A model generated the notes under the pieces. That model had not been told where the DNA came from. It ran no database searches and saw nothing but the letters and a program-made list of their open reading frames with translations. DNA of 64,000 nt from Callorhinchus milii (lineage: Eukaryota): the NCBI RefSeq assembly GCF_018977255.1, contig NW_024704752.1, positions 9,672,001 to 9,736,000 on the forward strand, given 5' to 3'. Of the stretch, positions 27,251-40,078 are shown piece by piece; position 1 is the stretch's first letter; each line of letters starts with the position of its first letter. The translations under genes were made by a program, and so were the position numbers.

Positions 27251-29084
27251 TGGTTCTGTTTTTGATTTCATTGTTTGTTCCTCTGCTGCCAGGATAGGAT
27301 GTGAGTGCAGTGTGTGTGTGTTCATGATCCCACAGACCTAATTTATAAATCAGCCTCTCCAATGTCACTTTATTCTAGTCCACTTTCCAACGTGTAAAAA
27401 AAGATCCCTCTTCTTTATATGACTTAAAAAATAATCATGCTGAAAGTTTGGATAGATCATCTTCACACAGAAGCACTTTGTATTTATTGACTTGAATAAG
27501 TTATACGTGAGGGGCCTCCACACTCTTGTGCTCTTTTCATCCTGTGACGTGCTCAAACAAACTGCTGTGAGCTGCTTGAAACCTTACCTAGCACAGTGAA
27601 ACCGTACTTCTGTGCTCTGCAAACCAGATTGCTTAACTTAACCCTTTATGTTTACAAGGCTGATAAAATGAGTAGCATTTCCTTATATTAAGTATGTTTG
27701 GTCTCCTTGGGGCTCAACTGGTTCTGAGATGAAGAAAAGGACACAGCAAGCCAGGGCACTGTTCATATTTGACAAGCTCCAAAAACATGGTGGTAGTACA
27801 ATAAATCTGTTTCTACACTGTCATCTTGATGGCGGTTATAAACATACTGTGAGGTGTGTGGGAGTCTTCCTGGAATTGAATTATCTCTCGAAGAGACAGA
27901 CTTGCTGAAGGCAAACGATCTGCAATAATTTAAGGACCTGTTATTGGCTGACTATACTACCACTTCCTCAATGAGACTTGGTGCTGCAGACACATCCTCA
28001 ACCTTATGAGCCAAAGCTCTGCTGCACTGGGCAGTCTTAGTTGGACTAGTACTATGAAGTACAGTTCCAGATATGCCAACAATTCCTGATAAGTAGCTAA
28101 TCCTCATGTATGAGTCTGGACAGTAAATAGTCTGCTATCACCTGGTGTCAACACACCCACACTCCCAACTAAATAATGATTGACTGCAAAAGATTTTCAC
28201 ATACCAGACTTAAAAAATGGGAGTGATCACAGTACATTAGCCAGTAACGTGACTTGTAGCTGGAAATGTTTCCTACTGATGTTCCGAGGTAAGTGAGGAT
28301 GCTGCAAAAATATTTACTACTGGGAAATAAATAAGCTCTTGAACCAGCAAAAAACATCTGTTTGAAATTGGAAAGAGCTAACAACCTTATGATCACGTGG
28401 AATCCAACTGTGATGTTTCACAACAGTGAGCTGCAGATTCAATTAACTGTTGCTTGAAATGTATCACACAAATTTACATAAACATTACAGCACAGAAACA
28501 GGCCATTCAGCCATGCTGGTGTTTATAAAATTGGTCACTCACTTCATGGCTGTTTGTGGGACATTGCTGTGCGCAAATTGGCTGCTGCGTTCGGCCACAA
28601 AATCCAGTCACTGCACCTTACAGTATATTCTGTGAAACACTTTGGGTTGATCCTCCTAACGTGAAAGATGCTATAAGAGATCTAAAGATTATGTTATATT
28701 CCACATGAGCCTTCAACCCTCTACCCTTTATTAACTTCTCTCTCGTGTGTGCAGCAAATTTCCTCTTAAATATGTTAATGCTTTCTGCTCCTGCAGTGAA
28801 TTTTACATTCTCATCACCAACTGTGTGAAGAAATTCTTCCATAACACCTATTCTTTATTGTTTGCTACTAGCTATAATATACTTATGTCCCAATTGTTTA
28901 TCCAATCCTTTCAAAAATTCGTTTCAAAATACCTCTATCTGGTCCACTCTCAATTATCTCATCTACAATCTTTCTTGAAGCCTATGTCCACTCATCCCTG
29001 AAACTTGCTTTAAAAATAATAAATATGTTCTCTGTATGATAATAAATAATCCTTTCAGTGCTTTCCAGGGAAGTGCAGTGCAGT

Positions 29085-30315
29085 AATCCTTCAGTCGGGT
29101 TTCCGTGCTGCCTACAGCACGGAAACCGCTCTGGTCAAGGTCACCAATGACATCTTGACCATCTGCGACCAGGGCTCCCTCTGCCTCCTCGCCCTCCTCG
29201 ACCTATCGGCAGCATTCGATACGGTCGACCATGCTATCCACCGCTTGTCCTCCCACCTCAACCTTCAAGGTCCTGTCCTTGAGTGGTTTAGGTCGTACCT
29301 CTACCACCGTCTTCATTTTGTTTCCACAAACGGCTTTTCCTCCGACCCCCGCACTGTCTCGTTCGGTGTCCCTCGGGGCTCTGTCCTCAGTCCCCTCCTC
29401 TTCACCCTCTATATGCTCCCCCTTGGTGGCATCATCCGCAGACATGGGGTTAACTTCCACATGTATGCGGATGACATCCAACTCTACCTTTCATCCTCTA
29501 CACTCAACTCCACGACCACTGATGTCCTGACAGCTGCCTGTCCGACACCGAGTCCTGGACGAGAGAGAACTTTCTGCAGCTCAACGTGCGCAAAACTAAG
29601 GCCCTTCTGATTGGCTCACGTCAGCGCCTCCGCACCTCAGGCGCTGACAGCATCAGCATCCAAGGCTGCACTCTCCACCTCTCAAAGCCAGTCGGGAACC
29701 TCTGCGTTCTGTTCGACCCTGAGCTGTCCTTTCTTCCTCATATCCGCGCCACAACTGGCACCGCCTTCCATCACTTCCGAAACAGCGCCAGACTACGCAT
29801 TACCTCACCCCTCACGCTGCTGAAACTCTGGTCCACGCCTTTATCACCTCAAGACTGGACTATGGGAACTCTCTCTTCGCCGGCCTTCCCGGCGCCTCCC
29901 TCCACAAGCTGCAGGTCATTCAGAACTCTGCAGCTCATGTACTGTCCCGCACCAGGCTTCGGGACCACGTCACTCCCACCCTCGCTGACCTCCACTGGCT
30001 TCCCATTCCCCAGAGGAACGAATTCAAGATCCTCATCCTCACCTACAAGCCTCTCAGCCCCGAGGCTCTGGAACTCCATCCCCCAGTGCCTTCGCCTTGC
30101 TTCCTCCCTTTCCTCCTTCAAGGCCGGTCTCAAGACCTTTCTCTTTGACCGTGCCTTCAGCTCCCCTCTCGACTCTCTACCCCCTCCTCGCTCCCTCCCT
30201 CCCCTCACCCTGACCATTTACCCCCTGCTCGGGTCCTGACCCAACTGTACAGCACCTTGGGACATCCTCCCGACGTGAAAGGCGCTCTATAAATGGAATC
30301 TTATTGTTGTTATTA
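29085..30315 (+). mobile_element. 5'-truncated L2 LINE with an internal deletion
   Basis: LLDLSAAFDTVDH, YADD at 29464, 3' tail gacgtgaaaggcgctctataaatggaatc-ttg. Confidence 0.93.
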
Positions 30316-33214
30316 ATTGCAGGCAAATGTTGCCAGTTTTCACACAGCATTAACAAGTTGCCCATCGAGTCTGGATTATCCGTAGGATTTCAAGGTGTGA
30401 CATGGCTTTAAATCTTCTGAATTAGTTGCTGTCCTAGCTGGACACCCACCACAATATTTGTTTCCTGAAACAAACTTCATTATTACCCAATTTACACCAA
30501 GGGGCTTAAAAATGGGGCGGGGGGGGGGGAATTGTGACTTGTTTTTCAATAAAATTGTGCAAAAATCAAGAAAAAAGTACATTTAAAAACAAAAATATCA
30601 AATATTCAGAATGACTCATGACTCCAATGATAGGGGAGATTAGATTGCTAACATTTTGCCTACCAATAGAGTTAGCAACACAAGCAAAACTGCTTTTGAC
30701 AGGTTTCTGCAGCAAGAGATTAGAAGACTTGCATGAATTGTAGTGGGATTGTTAACACACACACCACATTACCAGGAGTTTAATGAAGAAGTAAAGCCCT
30801 TTCCACAGTTGATGGCTAAGTGCACCTCATTAGACGTGGCTGGGGTATGTATTGCTGCACGTCTCTGTATAATAATGATCTTAATTTAAAACCTCTGGCA
30901 TGAGTCACACATAAGTAGACGTGATAAACTACGAAAAGTCTTAATTTCAGTCTTTAAGATGTTTTGATGCTGAGTTTTGAACTTAATTGGATGATTTTGA
31001 GTATCTGGAAGATAATTAATGTGGAACGAAGAATACTCCATCCCAGAACCATGGAATTGATCACAAGTGAGACCAGCGCAAAAGAAATCCTGAGTGAGTA
31101 AGTTCTGGCCAGTTTCAAATGACAACCTGAGCACCATCAGCCAAGACATACCACATGGAGTAACATGAAGGGAATTGCTAGCCTTTTGGCAGAACTTGTC
31201 GGGTCTACATTTCCATGTCTCCATTCATACCTCCACTTTGTGTAATCGCTGAATTTCCCACATTCACAGAATCTCTCTTGTCCACCCCTGTGGTTTTGCT
31301 TGTTATTGAAACTCATGAGAAGTTCATAGCTGGCTAGCTGGGCTTCATGGTTAATGGATTTTATTTTAATTTAAAAAGTCAACTTTAATAAGCTGCATTT
31401 GCACATCTGAATCATGTTGAATTATGAACCGTTTTCTGCACAGCAGCTGGTGCCTCACCACATGCAGAGCGCACCGTAAAGTCAGTAAGTAGGAAGGGTT
31501 CATTAACAAAACTACAGAACAGCTTGAAAAACCCCACCAACTTTGGCTCCTCGACAAATCAAATAATCCCTTTCATTCCTAGGGACCTGAATCGAGCGCA
31601 GATTCCAAATACCTTCTCCCACCCAGAACTGTGCATGGTATTAAACTGCAGGCTAATCATTCTGATGGTTCGTCAGCAAAGGTATTAAGTGATCTTTAAA
31701 TTAACATAATATTAACATTTCCCTGATGTCTTCATAAGTTACCTCAGAGAACCCCATTAAGCATTGGTTTTGTACTAAGTTTCCTCATGAGTGCCAGTTT
31801 GGACTATTAATCAATAACTGTCAGAAATCTTAGCCAAACCACTTCCTTTATTCCACATCCCAAAGGTTTTCAAAATAAATTTACTTGTTCCTCATTCTTC
31901 TTAATGTACTGTGGGAGAAGTTCATCAACCAGCTGGAGTACTGACTCCATGAGGGTTGTGGATTTGTTCAATCCTATACTCTAAATGTCCTGCCATTGAG
32001 CAGGCCTCATTGGGGCTTATTAATGGTTTCTGACCCTCCAGAGCCACCCATTTGCTGGGCTGTGTGTTAACTGATGCTTCTGTTGGAGCTGATACCATTT
32101 GGAGCAACAGTTAGTTGGAGAATCCTGCTGCCACTAATGACCTTCTAGGCTTTTGCTGGTTAATAGAGAGAAATTATTTGCACTGTTAGGTGAGTCAATG
32201 ATTTAAAGGCAAATATTTTAGATAGCTTTCAAATGGGGAGATTAAGAGAATTTTAGATATCTTAAAAAGGAGTAAACTACATGTTAAGGGGAATGGCAGG
32301 TAAATGGAACTAAAAGGACTGTTCTTTAACAGAGCTAGCACAAATACAATGGGCTCAATTGTCTTATCCTGTGCTGTAAATGTTTACAGTTCTATGGACC
32401 AATGTGACTCTAGGTTCGCAGATCTGATTTGTTTCACGCATACCCAGTCATAAGCGCGTTATCAGTGTCCCGCTCATCATCAATATTGGAGGAGATGCAT
32501 TGAAAGAGAAAAGGCTTTCTCAATGTAACGCAGACTGGCACAGAGGTGCAACATACCCATTGCAATTCCTCCAGAAGTGAGTTAAATAGAATGAATATTT
32601 TAGGAAAGAAATATATGTGTGTTGACCAAATAGAGTAGGAGCACATTTGTTAGTTTGGCAAATGCTGATTCTAAAATGCTTCCAGTGCTAAGTGACCCCA
32701 CTTCTTAAACCAATGTTTGGTAGGGCTTTTATTGATAGAGAATGCCAACATTAATCTTTTCCTCTTGAATGAGTCTGGTGAGAAAGGGACCTGTGCCACT
32801 GATTGATCTTTTGGTAACAATTTCTGTTACATCTCACATTAACAGATGAAGGTTAAGTAGAAATTAAGATGTTGTCATTAATCCTTGTGTACAGGATTAA
32901 TCTGCTCTAAATGTTGAGTTATCAAGTTGCACTAAGAGCTGCTGACTTTCTGCCAGTTAATTGGATTTGTCATAGTTTTGAGCAGGAATAAGAATTATAT
33001 TCTTTAAATTGATGACCCAGGTCATTCCCATATGAATACTTTGTTTCCTGTTTGAGATGCATTTAGATTTGTTGAAATACAAAACATTCCTAATAATGGT
33101 AAAATAACGAGTATTTGTTGCAGGACACTCAGACCCTGACGCTGAGGTGATGGTGCCTGCAGTTGCTAACTATTGATCATGAGCTTCTGCCAGGGCACTA
33201 AAGATAAGTAACAC

Positions 33215-33530
33215 TACATAATCTTTGCATTTGATATTGCATCCAAACATGTCTCTAAGCACTTCATGCACTTAAGTCAATTTTGAACTGTAAATTATTA
33301 TTGTATTAATATTATTATAAAGAGAAATGCTGAAACCCACAGACAGCAATGAATGCACAATTGTGGTGAATTTAGTTGAGGGAAGAATATTGGCCAGGAC
33401 ACCAGTAGAATTCCATTGTCTTTTCAATAGAGTCCCGGGATCTCTAATGTCCCCCTGAACAGACGGAATCTCAATTTGACATCTCAAGGGCCCCACCTCT
33501 ACCAAAGCAGCGCTCCCCCATCACTGCATT
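33215..33530 (-). mobile_element. Deu-domain SINE, old
   Basis: ttggccaggacacc...caatagagtcccgggatctctaatgtccccctgaacag is the reverse complement of the Deu core. Confidence 0.65.
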
Positions 33531-34599
33531 TAATAATAATAATCCTGATATTTGGTATAGACCCTTTCACGTCAGTAGGATGTCCCAAAGTCCTTCACAG
33601 GATATACAGTAAAGTGGAGTGACTGTGTGTTTGGAGGGCAAATTTGAGTGTCAGCCTAGACTGTGAGTGAATTGTAACTGTATATCTGACTGTAGCTCAG
33701 GGATGATCTCTCTGAAGATCATCATTTAGAAACTTCTCCTTAACACGTTTGTCTTGGAACTGGTATACTTGGCCCACCTTGTCCGTCATTCTCCCTGACA
33801 GCTCCATGTCTTCAGCTCGTAGTCTGTCTGCTGCAGTCTATTTTCAGTGTGGAGGTAGAGAATGGAATTTATGATCACAGCCCCAGACTGGCGCAGACAC
33901 TGTTGTGAGTACAGTATCTGGCAGACACTGCGATGTTCCAAGGCAGTTCTCCATGTTGATGAGTTTGATTCTGTGTCTCAATCGTAGCTGGTTTGGGCAG
34001 GTTTGAGAAAAACACATTAATTTGTCACATACAAATGTGCAATTCAGCTACTGTTCCAAAATCCCTTGTGTAGACGCTCCTCGCACGGACGACCAAGATT
34101 ACTCTGACTTTAACTCTACAAAGTGCCTTAATGCACTTGAAGGAGCACTCTGGAGACAGCTGGTAATACAGATGTGTCTCCGACTCCATGTACCGCACAG
34201 AAAAAGGCAAATGCTAATGCAGATTGTTCTGCTTGATTTTTGGAGAAAGGATTGGAACACACTGGAGGAGTTTGGAAGATATTGTAAGTGAAAGAAGAGA
34301 TTCTCAGTGTATTCAATTCATTTACACGACTGAGAGCCTATCACAATCCTGAACATAGTTGCAGACATCTTATTTATAATGCGTCTAAATTTACAAACGT
34401 TTCAGATCTGTTCTGTTTGGTTGCAGGAATTAACATGTTCCGCCATTACGGTCAATCTGTTACTCTGTTACTACCCAGAGTGTCCTGCCTTTTATTGAAC
34501 AGCTTCCTATCACGTGATGAGACTTTTTTGTAAAAAATGTGAAGCCAGAGATATAGTGGAAGAATGCAACACAAAAACTGTTTAATCTGGAAACAGATT

Positions 34600-35300
34600 A
34601 TCGATCTATCTTGTCTGCCTATCCAATGTCCCACAAGGTTCCTTTGATATATTTGTCTCTGAATCTATTAAACTATGAATCTTTTTACAGGACAGGAACT
34701 TGCTAAATATTTCCTGAATGTGTAAATGAACAATGTCAACTGGAGTGCTGCTATCTCTATCAGTAACAACGAGGTTTGTCAGGCATGATCTCCGCCCTTT
34801 GAATCCACGCTGGCTGTTATTTACCTGGGAATCTGTTCCGCATGTCTGCAATTCTGGAGTGAAAAGATTTTCTTCCAATTTTATTTTATTTTACTTAATG
34901 CAAGCCCTTGTCTTCTGGTTCTAAGATCACAAATCAAGTGTTAAAAAGTGTTAAAATTCACACGTATAACATCTCATTCTTCTTATTAGACAAAAGACCT
35001 AGATTATGTAATTTTGTGTTGCATTGTATTATGTCCCTTACAATATTCTCTTTACAATGAGAATAAGATGAGCTGTGTGATCCCTATGCTCATAACTCAG
35101 CCCTGTTATTATCCTTATTGCTCTTCTCTGAACACTCTCCAGTTCTTCAATGTTTTTGAAGATTGTATGCTCCAAACTGCATACAAAATTTCAAATGTCA
35201 AATTCATGAAGTGACAGATTACAATAAACTCTTTCATCTTATAGAAATGATATTTCATCAGCTTTGTTGATTCAATGACTGTCCACATTCAACCTTTGTT
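34600..35300 (-). mobile_element. Degenerate CR1 RT fragments
   Basis: SQRGFKGRRSCLTNL...VDIVHL; boundaries approximate. Confidence 0.6.
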
Positions 35301-36384
35301 ACTGAATGTCGCTTCTTTGTAGATGCATTTCTCATCAGACGTATTACGATTATACCCGTCATTGTGTGATATTCTGCTGTTTTGACAGATTTGGTTGCAA
35401 ACCTATTCTAAAATACACAGCCAGTTCTCAGTGAGTTGCAACCAGCTACCCACCTACTTGTCTGCTTTTGTTCAAAATCAGATGCAGATCACCACTGAAA
35501 AATTGATCATGCAGATTGCAAATTACTAATGAGATTCTTTGCCTCAATCTTTGTCTGTAATTGAGTTTGGGGCAGCGTCTGTTGAATGTGATCCAGAAGA
35601 GAAGGGAGTACTCCTCACTCTGATTTTACACCACACGATGCCTGGATCAGGGTTTTTGTATAGTATTGAAAGATGGGACTGCAGTAGAAATTCCATGTTT
35701 GGATCTGCTATATGTTCATCCATATTCCAGAATGGTTCTACCCATGCATTCCCATTTCTCCCTCCTACAACAGTTTACAGGATTGTAACATAGGATTACA
35801 ATGGAAAAGATGCAGAGCTCAGAGGTGTCCTGGGAACAGTAAAACATTTACAATCCTGTTATCTTTGTAAATTGACAGCGTCCTGCAGTGGAGCTCTGTG
35901 ACCTGTGTTTATCTCTTCCCGCTGGAGATGCCAGCAATATGTTTATTCTGAACTTTCTTTGCTGAACTCCTCATGTGGCCTCAGAGCAAGAAATATTTAT
36001 ACGTTTCTAGACTGTTGTTGATCTTTCAGGGGCAGACACTTCAATAATGAATTAGATACCGACTTAACGCAGTACTTTTATATACAGTTTTTTTTCTCTA
36101 CAATTTTCTGCTTCCAAAATTTCCACCCTCCTCTCCTGAAGCTGTTGACTGCTTTTGTCACTTTTGCTGGGTATAGTCCAAGCCCCACAGTGCCTTGCCC
36201 AAATGGCTATTCTGTGTGTGTGTAACTTCTCAGATTATACAAACATGGGAACATTGCACACGAGCCTCCCCAACATCCACATGTGTACTTGCTCAAATGG
36301 ATCACAGGTTAGCGACCACGAACAAGAATCCTGGCTAACCTATGGACACTTAAACCAATTTACCCCTAACTTTCAAACCTGGGA

Positions 36385-36625
36385 CTGCTCTGACCATCGG
36401 TGGTTGGGCCTTCAGCCTCTCTGCCCCCACCCTTTGGAACTCCATCCCACAGTCCCTTCACCTTATCCCCTACCTTGCCTCCTTCAAGGCTCATCTCAAG
36501 ACCTTCCTCTTCAACTGTGCCTTTGGTCACCTATAACCACCTCCCTGCCTTCCATCCCTCCAACACAGGTCCAGCGCCTTGGGACATCCTCCCACCATGA
36601 TAGGCACTGCATTTGTTCTTGTCCT
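36385..36625 (+). mobile_element. L2 3' fragment
   Basis: Same 3' UTR and tail pattern as the other L2 copies. Confidence 0.8.
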
Positions 36626-37569
36626 GTTCTGTAGGAATCAATGCTAGTCAGTGTTGAGCTTTGGGGGAAGCAGTTTCTCGATTCTTTGACTGTTTTAAAA
36701 GCTACATAAGCTATTATTGCTGAAGTATGTTATCTGAGTTCTATTGTTTATCTGTAAGACTAATATATTTTATCTATTTTCTTAACAGTTCTTAATTGAA
36801 CTTTGATTGGACAGAGATATTTAGTAATATCTTTATGCATTCAAAAGCAACAATCCCGAGACTATAGAGTCAAAGGTTTATTATCTCTTCCTGTTTGGAT
36901 TGAGGCCACAATTAATATAATCACTGGTGGATGGTCTTTTAGATTGTTTTGACCTTTGTATTTAATGAATTGCAGAACCAAGCATATATGCCTTAAAACA
37001 AAGCATCAATTTGTAGTATTGTCCTGGCAACCTACAACAAAATCTGCTATATTATAAATACCCAACATACTTCCTGGAGCTCACTTTACTATGTGTAAAC
37101 ATATCACATTTTCCACATTCTTGCTGACCATTACAGAATATTTATGATTCACTAACAATTACTGGACAACTCATTCCATTTACAAAATTACCAATGTAAT
37201 TTTATATTGTATTGTATTTTCTGGCATAATTTTTTAACAACTAATAATCCTTGCATTTGATAGAGATTTATAGATATAAATGTGTTGATTTCACATCTCA
37301 AAGTGCTTCACGGGATTTGTTGTACGGTTTAGTGACTATGTATTTTGTATGTGAACATGACAGCCAATTTTCTCAGTGTCCCACAAACAGCCAATATCTT
37401 GCATGCAAAAATATTGATTTTCTAGTAACTTTTACCAATGAAATGCCTCAAGTTAGACCCAAACATGAAGATGCTTTAGCAAATCAGCTGATCAAATCGC
37501 AGGTGGCATCTTGAGACCATTGAAGTAATGGCCTTGTACAGATGACCATTGAGGCCACATTTGAAATGT

Positions 37570-37910
37570 TTGAAAATAAACCATGGGGTGACTCATTCCG
37601 TGTGCAGTTTAATGTACGCCTTCTTTAAAAGGACATTGAAGTGTTGGAGTGGGTTCAGAAACGAGTAATCAAATTAATTCCACAACTTTTTGTTCTAAAC
37701 AAAAAAAATTGAAGGCGAGAAATGGCAATGACTCAGGTCTTTAAAATTCGGGGAGATGTGGATAATGTAGTAAGTAGGCAATTTGACTTAAACCATGAAA
37801 ACAGATATAGGTTTAAAACCAAAATACATCAGTGAGAGTGTGGCTATGTGTGGAGGAAATGGGCTTGTTGGGCCAACTGACCTGTTATTCCTGCTTTCTT
37901 ATGTTTTATT
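37570..37910 (+). mobile_element. Degenerate CR1 3' fragment
   Basis: gtgcagtt...aaggacattgaagtgttggagtgggttcagaaacgag (KDIEVLEWVQKR) and gggccaactgacctg tail. Confidence 0.7.
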
Positions 37911-39861
37911 ACTGGTTATGAACCTGGAAAAAGTGCTGTCCCAATAATTGTCCATGTCTATTATAAACAGCTATTGAATCACTGACACTTTATCAGATTC
38001 TGATAGACTGGTTCTGAAAGATCCTGATTAGCATCAGTGTATCTTTAATCTTGTTAAATTGCTTCAAAACCATCTTATCAGCGTTCGGTGTCTTTAATCA
38101 CATTGAACTGGCACAGCTACTGCTCAATCAGCAGCAGCATTAAAAAGAACAATTATTGAGCAGCATTCCGCATCATGATTAAAAAGCCTTTCAGAAAGTG
38201 GCTGGAAATCTTCTGTGCCACACAATACTCTGAGACCTGGTGAATCCCAACGCTGTAGATCTCACTGATGCAAGTCGGAATTGACATGAGGTCGGACAGA
38301 GGTTTAGAGAAAAAAGGCCAATTGCACCAGAAAAAAGTAGAACAACAAGAATGTGTTCCTCTGCTAGAAAGATGTATGCAACTGGAAGCTAATGGAAAAG
38401 TCCTCTCCCTCCCCACCCCACCCCCACACACACACCCAACTGTCAATGTAGAGGAAGAAGATTTAAATCTCTGATCTCTTTATTTCAAGTGTTCATAGAC
38501 TATACTCCAGCTGTGAAATGTTACCAACTGCAAAATATGAGAAAGTGGCAGCTCACAAACCCATATATAGGTTCACATTATCCTTGAGACATTCTGTTTA
38601 AACTTTCCTGCAGTGCTCTGTCAGTAAAAGGCAGTAATGCTTACTGCCTGTTGCACTTGGCAAAGCAACTTCATATTTAAGACATTTCTCTTGATCCTCA
38701 GAGATGGTGCCAGAATTTCTCAACAATCAGTTGCTATACCAGCCATCCAGTTAGACCATGATGAATAGAGCCTGTGTTAGGCTAGGTGAGGAAAGATACA
38801 TTGCTCAATTAATACCTTTCTATATGCCCCATATTTTGAATCTACTTAATTTGTTAAACTCAGATTAGATGTGTATTTTTCCTTCTCCCCACCCCCGCCC
38901 CCCCCCCTGCTCTGTCCTGTTCTGTACGGGTCTGTACATTTTCCTTCCAGGAACAAGCAGGGTCAGTGGTGAAAGGGAGCCTGAGAGAAAGAACACGTGG
39001 CTGTGTGTGAACTGAGCGCACAGTTCCCACTGCCGAGATCCTGTGCACAATGTAAGGATCCAACACAAGCCAGCTGTGGAAGCAATGAGTGCTTTCATAA
39101 GGTCTTTTCCACCAGCTTCCATCCCCCCCTCATGCCCCAATCCTACAAAAACATTTATATGGCAATTGCCTGATAGTGCCTTTACGACCTATCATAGAAG
39201 CTACGGTGCACAGGTGTCCTGAGCTGGGTAATAATAATACAGTAAACCTCACATAAGTTGTATTAATCGGGACCATATATTTAATATGACTTGTACAAAG
39301 TATGAGTTCTATCAAGCTTGCTTAGAATATAAACTCTTGAACGGGACTTGGGCAGATGTATGACTTAGGTGATTTATATGATTTATACAGGTCAGACGAG
39401 TTTTACTGTAGTAATAATAATCCTTGTAAATGACCCAACAACTGATTCCTCTTTGGTGGGAATTATTCGAGATCTCCTTGGAGCTCAGTTGTCTCCAATG
39501 TGACAAGCTTAGCACCAAAATGTCAGATCAACTTAATCCTTTGTGGCTCCCTTGATGGTCCATTTCCTGAGCCAAGGGTTCACTATCCACAAAGGCACTG
39601 CTAACAGACCAGCCAGCCTGATGAGCAGGCAGTCCGGTCAAACCCCTAATGATTAGGGTGATCCTCACTGGGTCAAGCAGCAGGAAGCTTGCCAGACAGT
39701 GCTGTCAATGGCAAGCTGTGCAATTTTTGCCTCATTAAACTCTAGCAGTACCCCGATGCTTGGCTCTCACCAATCTATGCCTGATACAGTACTGTCTGGC
39801 ATTATTCGGATGTGCCTCTCCAGGGAGAGAGTGCGCAATCTATTCCAGACACGGGTATTTT

Positions 39862-40078
39862 TCAATAATCCCTTCAAAAACAAAACAATAATAAATTGGT
39901 CATTTTCAATCTACGACTGTTTGTGGGACATTGCTGTGCGCAATTGGCTGCCGCGTTCGCCCACAAATATACAGTCAATTCACTTTACAGTGTGTTCTGT
40001 GAAGCGCTTTGGGACGTCCTCCCGACGTGAAAAGCGCTATATCAAATGCAAGGATTATTATTATTATTATTATTATTT
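39862..40078 (+). mobile_element. Young SINE, 5'-truncated
   Basis: 3' part of the 7165 family with (ATT)n tail. Confidence 0.88.

Larger units (their letters stand above)
28266..34533 (+). other. Speculative unannotated multi-exon gene (exons 28266-28288, 31047-31097, 32149-32189, 34074-34283, possibly 34406-34533)
   Basis: Chain of phase-compatible splice sites (donors GAG|gtaagt, TGA|gtaagt, TAG|gtgagt, ATT|gtaagt), Kozak accATGG at 31051, by-eye similarity to the NLRC5 atypical CARD; no expression evidence. Confidence 0.25.

Noticed and set aside
33124-33146. Possible extra exon of the candidate gene (ttgcag|GA CAC TCA GAC...)
   Set aside because: No convincing donor in a phase compatible with 34074, and it has in-frame stops if extended.
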